Both the position numbers and the translations under genes were made by a program. From Actinomycetes bacterium (GTDB lineage Bacteria > Actinomycetota > Actinomycetes > Nanopelagicales > Nanopelagicaceae), in the NCBI GenBank assembly GCA_041303595.1, contig JBFYOW010000001.1, forward strand, positions 1-51,477: a stretch of DNA of 51,477 bases, written 5' to 3'. Under the pieces are notes generated by a model. That model was given only the letters and a program-made list of their open reading frames with translations. It was not told the DNA's origin and made no database searches. Of the stretch, positions 1-11,137 are shown one piece after another (within the stretch, counting starts at the first letter, position 1; every line of letters starts with the position of its first letter).

Positions 1-3000
1 CCACCGCCTTCAACGCTCGTGGTTGGGTGCCCGGCTCCAGAGCCACCTTGTTGTGAACGACCCGCAGTCGGTGCAATTGTGCACATCAGCGTTGCAGTTG
101 CGGCCGCACCACCAGCAAGAAGTGTGCCACCTCGACCTGTGCGATTTGGAAATGTTGCACCTGTTCCTGCGCCGATAGAACCCCCGCCGCCGCCACCATC
201 AGATGTACCGCTCCATGGAGATGAACCGCCACCGCCGCCAACAATAATTAACGGTGTTGAGGTATCCGAACCAATGAAGATTCCTGACATACCGCCGCCT
301 GAGCTGCCCTTATTAATATCCGGAGTCAATCCACCTGCTCCACCGCCTCCGTATTGGCCAGTGAGATCAAGTGCTTCACCACCTTGACCAACAACAACGG
401 TAAGAGTTTCTGTGGTGCCGGTTGTTGTAACCGTTGACTTTGAATATCCACCTGCGCCACCGGCACCAGAAGTTGTGTAGCCGTTACGGAAGACACCTCC
501 GCCGCCTGCGCCCCATGCTTCAACGAGGATATTCTCGCCAGCCGGAATACCGCCAGGGATGACAAATTCTTGATCAAATGTCGCAGGTGAAGGATTGGCA
601 ATAGCATCGTAATTTGCTGCAATTTCTGCAGCGGATAGCGCACGGTTGTAAATTCGAACCGAGTAGATCTTTCCATTGAAGAAGTTCACTGGATTATTAC
701 TAGATAAGTTCGCACCAATTAACACGTTAACGTTGCTGGTTGGATTGCCACCCTTTGCCAATGTTTCCGCATCTTGGATGCCATTTAAGTATGGTGTTAA
801 TCCATAAGAGCTCGTAAAGACAGCTGTCGCGACATATGTATTTCCAACTGTGAGAGTGGTGTTTCCGTTAACGGCGTTCCATGGCGCAGATTCAGCATGT
901 GTCTGCACTTTTCCGCCATTAAGAGCTAAGAAGTAATTACCAGCGACTCCATTATTCTGTCGTGAAATCAACATTGGATTGCCAGCGATTGAAGCTGGTT
1001 TGAAGGTTACTTCGATTGTATAAGCGTTTGCACCTGTGAAATTAAGGATATTTCCAAGGTTGAAATATTGATTTGTTCCGTTAAGTGTCCACGCCTTCTC
1101 AACTGGATCAAAGGTTGGCGAATTTGTCGCTGTGGCCTTAAAGCCCCTAGCCGATTTGTCATACCAATTGCTGCCATTGACATAACTGCTTTCAGCGGAG
1201 AGATCTAAAACTAGCCCGCTCGATACTGGCGCCTTTGCGGTTGGGAATGTATAGACGCGACAGTTGGTATATCCAGGTTCGACCTTGCAATCATTGGGAT
1301 TGGTATTAGCTGGAGACACTACCTGCGATGGCGCACTTCCTGTGGTTGCTCCATTGGCCAAGTAAGTAAGGATCGCATTGAACTGCGCATACAAAGTGGC
1401 GGCACCGGTCGTTGTGTATGAAGCACCTGGCGCATAGAAAGTTCCGCGTCCATTTGGCTGCGTATTCCAGCCGGCAAAGGTGAGGCCTGCCTTACGGAAA
1501 CTTGTTGAAGATGAGAGGTTAAAAGTTCCATTACCAGTGCCGGTTGTATTAACGGCAGATGGCGCTGTTCCAGAATCTGCACCATTGAGGTTAAAGGAGA
1601 TTGTTGCGCTCCACTGTGCATACAAAGTGATTGCGCCAGTAGCTGACTTCCAATTCGTTGTACCCAGTGCGTAGTTAGTACCAAGACCATTTGCGAGTGT
1701 GTTCCAACCAGTTAAGCGATATCCGGTGCGTGCGAGCGCCGTACCTGAGTCAAGGTTGATTGTCGAAATTGAAGAAGTGACGGTGACAGAATCCGCGAGA
1801 GTGTTGGCGGCGGATGTAAATCCATTTCCATCATAGGTGACTACATAGTTCCACTGCGCATAGAGACGAGTTGGTCCTTGTGGAAGGTACTCACCACCTT
1901 CAGGAATATTAGTTCCCGATCCATTTGCCGCTGTATTCCAGCCGCTAAAGGTAAATCCTGGCTTACTTAAAGTGCCTTGGGTTGGCGCTGTTAAAGTCTC
2001 ACTTACTGTTGATTGTGTAAGAGTTGAAGCAGATGGCGCTCCAGAGACTGCCGTATTGGTATCGAATGTAACAGTGGCAAGCAGGTCGTACGCGATGACC
2101 ATAAATCCTGATCCACCTGCCCCGCCGGCAGCTCCGGCACCAGCGCCGCCGCCGCCGCCGCCACGGGTAGCAAGTGCTGCAGTTCCATTAGCATTATTCA
2201 AACCACCGTTTCCAGCTTCGCTTCCACCACCGAGCCCGATGTTCGCTGCTCCCCACACACCTCCGCCGCCGCCGGCTCCATATGTCAGAGTGGTGCCGGT
2301 TATTGCAAAACTATTACCGGCGATACCCGCGCACGCATTTGCATTCTGAGTCGGGCTTGCCCATCCGCCGCGGCCACCATTCGATCCAGCACCCCCGCCA
2401 AGACCGACAGTTGCGGATCCTGTATCTACCGAACAAAGCACTGGTCGTGGAGAGGCTGAATAGGTAAGTCCACCTGCGCCGCCACCTGCGGTGTATACAG
2501 TCTTATCAATAGTCAGAGTCGATGCTGCTCCGGATGCTCCGTTGGCCAGGTTGGCACCTCCAGCTCCACCCGCTCCAATTTTCTTAATAACGATCTGTCC
2601 TGAAGAGACTGGAATATTCTCTTGAATATTCGTACCACCGCCTGCGCCACCGGTTCCTGCATTTCCACCACCGCCACCACCGCCACCAACGACCATGAAG
2701 TCAATTGATGTTTGGCCAGCGGGCACAGTCCAAGCACAGGTATCGGCGCCGGTGAATGAGTGAATCTGTTGCCCATTTGCATACGAAGTTGTCGGGTTAC
2801 ATGTTGCAATCCACTCTGCATACAACGTCGTGCTGGTCTGTGTTGTAAAGGTGTCACTTAATTTGTAACGAGTTGCTAGGCCACCAGATGAGAGCGTGTT
2901 CCAACCCACCAAAGTATTTCCCGTTTTTACCAAGGCATTTGGGTTACCAGGCAAGGTGACAACAGAGCCCATATCAATATTCATTCTGGTTGGTACTGAT

Positions 3001-5384
3001 CCACCAGAACTCGTATTTGCATTAAAGGTCAGTGTTCCCTGCCAAACAGCATAAAGGGTCTGATTTCCTGTCGCGGTAAAAGTTTCATTGAGACGGTATG
3101 TAGTTCCACTTCCATCTGCACGTGTGTTCCATCCATTGAGGGTGTAGTTGGTGCGCAAGAGCGTAGCTGCAGTAGGCAAATTAAATGTATTGCTTGCTGT
3201 ACCAGTTTTGGTCTCAGAGGCAGGAACTGTGCCAACAGCACTCGTTAAGCCATTACCGTTATATGTAATTGTTGAATTCCACTGCGCATAGAGCGTGATA
3301 TCTCCTGTGGCTCTATATGTATTGAGTCCTGCTCGATAGTTAGTACCAGATCCATCGGCGGCCGTATTCCATCCGCCAAATGTGTATCCGGTACGTAATA
3401 AACCAGTTCCCGTGTCCAGTGAGGTAATCCAAGTAGATCGAACGGCGGCGTTAGGCACGGTATTGGTATCGCTGGTATTTCCATTACCGTCATAGGTAAT
3501 TGTGTATCGCCATAGCGCGTAGAGAGTGATATCGCCGGTAGGGATGAGCGTTGAAGAAGCAGCGTATGTGATGCCAGTGCCATCAATCTTTGTATTCCAG
3601 CCCGCGAATGCATAACCGTTACGAGTTAGTCCGCTTCCTGAATCAAGAGTTACGGATTGACCTTCTGAACTTTGAATCAACGAAGTTGGTGTTGTTCCTG
3701 TTCCGCCGTTAATGTCGAAATTAACAGTTGCCTGGTATCCGCGAGCGATGATGTAGACAACACCAGATCCGCCGTTTCCACCTGCGCTTGAACCGGCACC
3801 GCCGCCGCCGCCGAGGCCATCAACACCAGAAGATCCAGCGTTGATATCAGTGGTATTTCCATTACCGCCGCCACCAAGGCCGCCGAGTGCTGAAGCTGCA
3901 CCGTTCCAACGAGCACCACCGCCGCCACCGCCGTAATAAGTCATCTGGCCGGTCTCATTGAAATTACTCTGAACACCGATTCCGCCAGTTGCACCTGCAG
4001 CACGCGCAAGTCCCGCACCACCGGCGCCACCGCCGCCACCGGATCCAAAAGTTGAACCGTTGCCACCCTTGAAGTTAGCGCCACCTGTACCTGTTGTTCC
4101 TGTACCCACAGTTACGTTATCGGCATAAGCGCCGCCGCCGCCGGTAAATCCACCGCTGTTAGGAGTGCCATCTGGATCAAGGTTACTTCCACTGCGACCT
4201 CGTCCACCGCTTCCGCCAAGTGCTACGAGTGAGAAGGAGTTATCAATTGCTTTGATCGAACTACTGCCACCTTGGACTCCACCTTCTGTTTGGCCGCGCG
4301 CCGCGCCACCTGCACCAGTTGTAATTAATAACGGTCCAGAGAGGGTTACACCGGTACGTGTTTCTACCTGTCCACCACCACCTGCGCCACTGTGACTATT
4401 TGCAGCTCCGCCGCCACCGCCAACAATCAAGATATCAAGTCGCGTATAAACCTCTGGTGCGTTAAATACACAGGATGTCGAACTTGTGAATTTCCAAATT
4501 GCATCGCCGTTGTTATTAGTTTGAGTTGGCGAACAGACCGGCCCCCATTTCGCATGGAGAGTCAAATGGCTTGTAGGAGTAATCGTCTGTCCGGGAGAGT
4601 AGAAGGTTCCGCTGCCATCTGCAGCTGTAGTCCATCCTGCAAATGGAAGACCTGGATTTACCAGTGTTCCGATTGTCGCAAGGTTAACGGCAGAACCAAC
4701 AGTTGCTTGTGTGACAAAGGGCACCGACGCACTGCCGGTAGCGCCATTAGCTAAGAATTTAACCGAGAATAAGTTATAGAGCGAACAACGTGGTGCAACG
4801 CGATCAAGCCATGCACCTGTTACAGCCCATGCACCTGTTACAGCATTTCCAGCATTACAAGGCGCATTACCTAGCGCACCTGAGCCAGCGATAAGTGGGC
4901 TTATTTCAATTTCATCCTGTAGTGCCGGAAGTGTTTGACAGAGAAGGCCACCACCATTTGCATAGCCGTTAGCTTGAATTCTAAAACCGGTAGCAACTTT
5001 TCCAGTCGGGCAGAAAACGTTTGTTCCTGGAGCTCCATACAAGTTGTACTTCGAAGAATTCGAAGTGGTGTGTGGAGTATTTGCCATCGTTCCATCAGCG
5101 TTTAGTGCGCGGCAGAGAATTCCAACTCCGCTTGTTCCTGCAATTGAGAATCCAACGACAACCCAGTTGGCAGGACAGTTTGCTGCGCGATAAGTATCTC
5201 CGCCACCGCCACCGCCATAGTTAGAAGCGTCATATTGGTTAGTGAAATAAGTAGACGCAGCTGCAGCTGGGGTTGACCCAATCGTTACCGCGACTGGAAG
5301 TGTGACGAATAGTCCGAGAAAGAGTGAGTAAACAGTCCAACGAGAGATCTGCGTGCGCGAAGGCAACCGCAATCTAAACCCCAT
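1..5384 (-). CDS. Giant secreted surface protein, partial (>1794 aa, runs off window start): signal peptide, Cys-paired N-terminal domain, InlB B-repeat/Listeria-Bacteroides-type repeats, three glycine-rich domains, LamG domain
   Basis: Hand translation from ATG at 5384 (SD AGAGG upstream): MGFRLRLPSRTQISRWTVYSLFLGLFVTLPVAVTIGSTPAAAA-STY. The frame stays open to position 1. Repeats look like TITYDGNG...GYTFGGWNTAADGSGTNY...TLYAQW; LamG ends FNGKIYSVRIYNRALSAAEIAANY. Absent from the ORF track because no stop lies in the window. Confidence 0.93.
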   Translation of the reverse strand, partial: MGFRLRLPSRTQISRWTVYSLFLGLFVTLPVAVTIGSTPAAAASTYFTNQYDASNYGGGGGGDTYRAANCPANWVVVGFSIAGTSGVGILCRALNADGTMANTPHTTSNSSKYNLYGAPGTNVFCPTGKVATGFRIQANGYANGGGLLCQTLPALQDEIEISPLIAGSGALGNAPCNAGNAVTGAWAVTGAWLDRVAPRCSLYNLFSVKFLANGATGSASVPFVTQATVGSAVNLATIGTLVNPGLPFAGWTTAADGSGTFYSPGQTITPTSHLTLHAKWGPVCSPTQTNNNGDAIWKFTSSTSCVFNAPEVYTRLDILIVGGGGGAANSHSGAGGGGQVETRTGVTLSGPLLITTGAGGAARGQTEGGVQGGSSSIKAIDNSFSLVALGGSGGRGRSGSNLDPDGTPNSGGFTGGGGAYADNVTVGTGTTGTGGANFKGGNGSTFGSGGGGGAGGAGLARAAGATGGIGVQSNFNETGQMTYYGGGGGGARWNGAASALGGLGGGGNGNTTDINAGSSGVDGLGGGGGAGSSAGGNGGSGVVYIIARGYQATVNFDINGGTGTTPTSLIQSSEGQSVTLDSGSGLTRNGYAFAGWNTKIDGTGITYAASSTLIPTGDITLYALWRYTITYDGNGNTSDTNTVPNAAVRSTWITSLDTGTGLLRTGYTFGGWNTAADGSGTNYRAGLNTYRATGDITLYAQWNSTITYNGNGLTSAVGTVPASETKTGTASNTFNLPTAATLLRTNYTLNGWNTRADGSGTTYRLNETFTATGNQTLYAVWQGTLTFNANTSSGGSVPTRMNIDMGSVVTLPGNPNALVKTGNTLVGWNTLSSGGLATRYKLSDTFTTQTSTTLYAEWIATCNPTTSYANGQQIHSFTGADTCAWTVPAGQTSIDFMVVGGGGGGGGNAGTGGAGGGTNIQENIPVSSGQIVIKKIGAGGAGGANLANGASGAASTLTIDKTVYTAGGGAGGLTYSASPRPVLCSVDTGSATVGLGGGAGSNGGRGGWASPTQNANACAGIAGNSFAITGTTLTYGAGGGGGVWGAANIGLGGGSEAGNGGLNNANGTAALATRGGGGGGAGAGAAGGAGGSGFMVIAYDLLATVTFDTNTAVSGAPSASTLTQSTVSETLTAPTQGTLSKPGFTFSGWNTAANGSGTNIPEGGEYLPQGPTRLYAQWNYVVTYDGNGFTSAANTLADSVTVTSSISTINLDSGTALARTGYRLTGWNTLANGLGTNYALGTTNWKSATGAITLYAQWSATISFNLNGADSGTAPSAVNTTGTGNGTFNLSSSTSFRKAGLTFAGWNTQPNGRGTFYAPGASYTTTGAATLYAQFNAILTYLANGATTGSAPSQVVSPANTNPNDCKVEPGYTNCRVYTFPTAKAPVSSGLVLDLSAESSYVNGSNWYDKSARGFKATATNSPTFDPVEKAWTLNGTNQYFNLGNILNFTGANAYTIEVTFKPASIAGNPMLISRQNNGVAGNYFLALNGGKVQTHAESAPWNAVNGNTTLTVGNTYVATAVFTSSYGLTPYLNGIQDAETLAKGGNPTSNVNVLIGANLSSNNPVNFFNGKIYSVRIYNRALSAAEIAANYDAIANPSPATFDQEFVIPGGIPAGENILVEAWGAGGGGVFRNGYTTSGAGGAGGYSKSTVTTTGTTETLTVVVGQGGEALDLTGQYGGGGAGGLTPDINKGSSGGGMSGIFIGSDTSTPLIIVGGGGGSSPWSGTSDGGGGGGSIGAGTGATFPNRTGRGGTLLAGGAAATATLMCTIAPTAGRSQQGGSGAGHPTTSVEGG
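4809..4844. repeat. Exact 18-bp tandem duplication (CCATGCACCTGTTACAGC x2; AVTGAW x2)
   Basis: Copies at 4809-4826 and 4827-4844, in frame. Confidence 0.95.
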
Positions 5385-5404
5385 TGTTTTTACCTCTTTA
5401 TTAG

Positions 5405-5532
5405 TCCCGACCGTCAGCGGGATAATTTTAGAATTGGGGTGAGTTCACGCATAGCCGAAAGGGTGATTATTAGAACATCTCACCCCGTGAATTCACCCGT
5501 AGTAAAAAGGGGTGAATTACATTGATGTAATT
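5405..5532. promoter_or_regulatory. Motif-rich upstream region of giant protein gene (TCACCC/GGGTGA array, AATTACA-N4-TGTAATT palindrome, TCCCG/CGGGA hairpin)
   Basis: GGGTGA at 5437, 5461, 5510; TCACCC at 5480, 5493; TCACGC at 5445; AATTACATTGATGTAATT at 5515-5532; TCCCG-N8-CGGGA at 5405-5422. Confidence 0.55.
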
Positions 5533-5602
5533 GTTAAATTCTGTTCAGAAAAAAACATAAGTTAATTAAACCCTTATAAAACAATTACTTTAGAAGGATT
5601 AA

Positions 5603-8322
<2,720 letters not shown>

Positions 8323-8350
8323 GCAATGCCCCTCTCTTGTGAGGAAAATC

Positions 8351-8442
8351 TGGCGGAGACGAGGAGATTTGAACTCCTGAAGGGTTTAACCCCTTACCTC
8401 GTTAGCAGTGAGGCGCACTCGACCGGGCTATGCGACGTCTCC
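8351..8442 (-). tRNA. tRNA-Ser(GCT), CCA encoded
   Basis: Reverse complement GGAGACGTCGCATAGCCCGGTCGAGTGCGCCTCA-CT-GCT-AA-CGAGG...GGAGTTCAAATCTCCTCGTCTCCGCCA; long variable arm. Confidence 0.95.
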
Positions 8443-8482
8443 GAGTTGCAGGTCGAAGTTTACCTCAGAGCGAGAGCTCTCT

Positions 8483-11137
8483 TCACCTGCCCAAAAGTTT
8501 GTGAAGTGCCTTTATCACACTCACATATTCGCTGCCTACCGCAGAGGTCATAGCCATCTCGCAGGTGCGGTTATTAGAGATGTGGAAGTCAGCATTGATT
8601 GACTTCACAAAGGCCGCTTCTTCCCGAGTCGCCGATGCGGTGAGTTCAGGTATCAAAAGTCCGCGATCGCCAGCAAATCCACAGCACCCCCAGTTTGGCG
8701 GGATTACAACCTCGTTGGCAATTGCTCCAGCAATTGTTATGAGCGCTGAATTGTCGTCGATTTTTGCAGATGAACATGTTGGGTGAACTACAACCCTCGC
8801 TACTTTCTTTATTTCAATCTTAGGCAAAATGTGGGTTGCAATAAATTGCGTCGAATCAAGGACGTTCACTTCTCGAAAACTTCTGATGAACCCGTCGGCA
8901 CATGATGGACTATCAGTGACAACTGGAAGGTTGAATTTTCTTAACTTTGCCTGAAGCTCAATATTCTTTTCATCAATGATCTCACCACCGGCGTTCATTC
9001 CCTTTGACTTCCAAGGAGTACCGCAGCAGGTGCTTGAGATTCCCTCCGGTATAAAGGCTTTAATTCCAGCTTTTTTGCATAGATCTAAGAAGAGTTGTTG
9101 GTTGCTTGGACCAAAGATTTCATTGGTGCATGAGGGTAGATAAATGAAATCAGGGAAATCTGGTTCAGATGAGACTCTCCGCTTACCTGGTGAGAGCTTG
9201 ACTCCTCTAAATTTCGGAAGCGTCGAACCAAGTGCAACACCTAGTCGCGCTAGCGCTAAGAAGTTCCCCCAATTTGCAGCTGTAAACTGCCAAGCTCTCT
9301 TCTGTAATTGAGATGAGTTCTCGCTTCGAAGCCGCTTCACGAGATCACCTGTGTTTATCCCAACAGGACAGGCGATTGCACACATTCCATCTACGGCGCA
9401 GGAATCGATTCCGTCATACTTAAACGAGTTTTCCAACTCTCTTGCTAACTTCTTCTGACCTGCTTGACGAGCAGATTCCGCACCTCTTCTGGCAGTAATT
9501 CTCTGTCGAGGGGTAAGCGTTAAACTCTTACTTGGACACCCTTGCTCGCAGAATCCACACTCAACACATCGATCCACCTCCCCCTCAACGGTGGGAGATA
9601 TCTTGTAATTTGTGAGGTGAATAGTGGGGTTCTCAGTAATGATTACATCCGGATTCAAGATTGAATGTGGATCAAAGGCGCGCTTGAGATTGAGCATAAC
9701 CTCGTAGAGGTCGTCTCCAAATTGTTTACGAACAAAGGGCGCCATCACGCGACCAGTACCGTGCTCTGCTTTGAGAGTTCCGTCAAGAGAAAGGACTAAA
9801 TCCACCATCTCTTCTGTAAAATCGCGATACCGATTCTGAGATTTGATTTCGCGGAAATCTTCATTGAGCATGAAGTGGATATTTCCATCTTTGGCATGGC
9901 CAAAGATGACGCTATCTCGATATTCATACTTGTCGAAGAGTGTAATTAAGTTTTCGCAAGTAGTTGCAAGAGATGTGACAGGTACAGCGATATCTTCTAA
10001 GAGCGCGGTAGTGCCAGCGAGACGCGCTCCCGCCACGGTTGCGTAAAGACCCTTTCGGATATGCCATAAATCGTTTCTCCGCGATAGCGTCTCAGCTGTA
10101 ATGGCAGGGGTAGCTAGAGGTAGCACCTTCAGCAGAGCTGCTGCTTTATCGGTACGTAGGCTGAGTGCTTCAGAGGTTAGCTCCTGATACTCAACAATAA
10201 AGGCGGCATGTTCTTCGACCGTAAGGGCCTTCAACTCACCCATCGCTCGAACTTCTCGCTGAGCGACCTGTAACGACGTTCGATCCAATAATTCGATAGC
10301 AGCAGCCCCGGTGTCAACCAGGGCTGCCAGTGATTCATTAGCTGCCTTGAGTGAGTTGAAAATTAGGAGATTGGTAGCTGCAAATGGTTTTAAGGCGATA
10401 GTTCTAAAGGTTGCCTCTGCAATATAGGCAAGAGTTCCTTCGCTACCCACCATGAGATGGAGAAGAATCTCAACGGGAGACGAGTAATCAAGAAATGCAT
10501 TGAGCGAGTAGCCCATCGTATTCTTGCCACGATATTGTCGTGCGATTTCGTCCTTCATAGCAGTAGATGCATCAATTTTTTTCTTCTCTACCTCAAGAAC
10601 GTGATAGAGCTCTGGTTGAATCTCTCGGAGACGGTGCTCAGCATCAATAGCGGCAGTATCAAATTCACTACCGTCGCTAAATATAATTTGCGCTGAAAGT
10701 ATTGTTTTATAGGCATTTTCAGCTGTTCCACAGACCATGCCACTTGAATTGTTTGCGATCACCCCGCCGACGGTTGCGGCAATCTCACTTGCAGGATCTG
10801 GCCCAAACTTATAGCCGTATGGCTTGAGGCGATTATTAATCTCTCGCACAGTAATTCCGGGTTCGACCGTAATGCTTCGTCCACCATCTTTAATCTCAAT
10901 ACCTTTAAAGTTACTTCTTGAATCCATCATTACCGAGTCAGAGAGGCTCTGCCCACTAAGGCTGGTACCGCCTGATCTAAATGTCACCGCCTTTCTCTCT
11001 TTAAAGTGTTGGGCTAAGAGCGTCTTAATCTCGCGTGTTGAATCTGGTCTAGCTACCGATTCTGGAATTAAAAGGTAATGTGAAGCATCGTTGGCATAAG
11101 CATGCCTATCGATGGCTCTATTTGAATTAGAACTCAT
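8483..11137 (-). CDS. FAD-binding and Fe-S-binding oxidoreductase, Dld-II-type D-lactate dehydrogenase
   Basis: FRSGGTSLSGQ FAD motif, GPDPAS, GHAKDGNIHF, KAEHGTGR, CVECGFCEQGCP and CAVDGMCAIACP 4Fe-4S motifs, CCG domains (CCGTPW, CCGFAGDRG). Confidence 0.85.
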   Translation of the reverse strand: MSSNSNRAIDRHAYANDASHYLLIPESVARPDSTREIKTLLAQHFKERKAVTFRSGGTSLSGQSLSDSVMMDSRSNFKGIEIKDGGRSITVEPGITVREINNRLKPYGYKFGPDPASEIAATVGGVIANNSSGMVCGTAENAYKTILSAQIIFSDGSEFDTAAIDAEHRLREIQPELYHVLEVEKKKIDASTAMKDEIARQYRGKNTMGYSLNAFLDYSSPVEILLHLMVGSEGTLAYIAEATFRTIALKPFAATNLLIFNSLKAANESLAALVDTGAAAIELLDRTSLQVAQREVRAMGELKALTVEEHAAFIVEYQELTSEALSLRTDKAAALLKVLPLATPAITAETLSRRNDLWHIRKGLYATVAGARLAGTTALLEDIAVPVTSLATTCENLITLFDKYEYRDSVIFGHAKDGNIHFMLNEDFREIKSQNRYRDFTEEMVDLVLSLDGTLKAEHGTGRVMAPFVRKQFGDDLYEVMLNLKRAFDPHSILNPDVIITENPTIHLTNYKISPTVEGEVDRCVECGFCEQGCPSKSLTLTPRQRITARRGAESARQAGQKKLARELENSFKYDGIDSCAVDGMCAIACPVGINTGDLVKRLRSENSSQLQKRAWQFTAANWGNFLALARLGVALGSTLPKFRGVKLSPGKRRVSSEPDFPDFIYLPSCTNEIFGPSNQQLFLDLCKKAGIKAFIPEGISSTCCGTPWKSKGMNAGGEIIDEKNIELQAKLRKFNLPVVTDSPSCADGFIRSFREVNVLDSTQFIATHILPKIEIKKVARVVVHPTCSSAKIDDNSALITIAGAIANEVVIPPNWGCCGFAGDRGLLIPELTASATREEAAFVKSINADFHISNNRTCEMAMTSAVGSEYVSVIKALHKLLGR

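Noticed and set aside
1320-4770. Periodic repeats as a possible CRISPR array
   Set aside because: Repeats are degenerate at DNA level, conserved at protein level and in frame; no identical repeat-spacer structure and no cas genes.
19-5224. Many short Pro-rich or Leu/Gln-rich ORFs in the ORF track
   Set aside because: They are antisense or off-frame shadows of the single giant Gly-rich CDS (GGN codons read as CCN on the other strand).
8398-8414. A-C mismatch in the tRNA-Ser(GCT) anticodon stem suggesting a pseudo-tRNA
   Set aside because: A single mismatch next to the loop is tolerated; the other arms and CCA are intact.
8351-8442. tRNA-Ser(GCT) as the integration site of the amino-sugar cluster
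   Set aside because: The cluster lies on the tRNA's 5' side, and I found no integrase and no duplicated tRNA 3' end.
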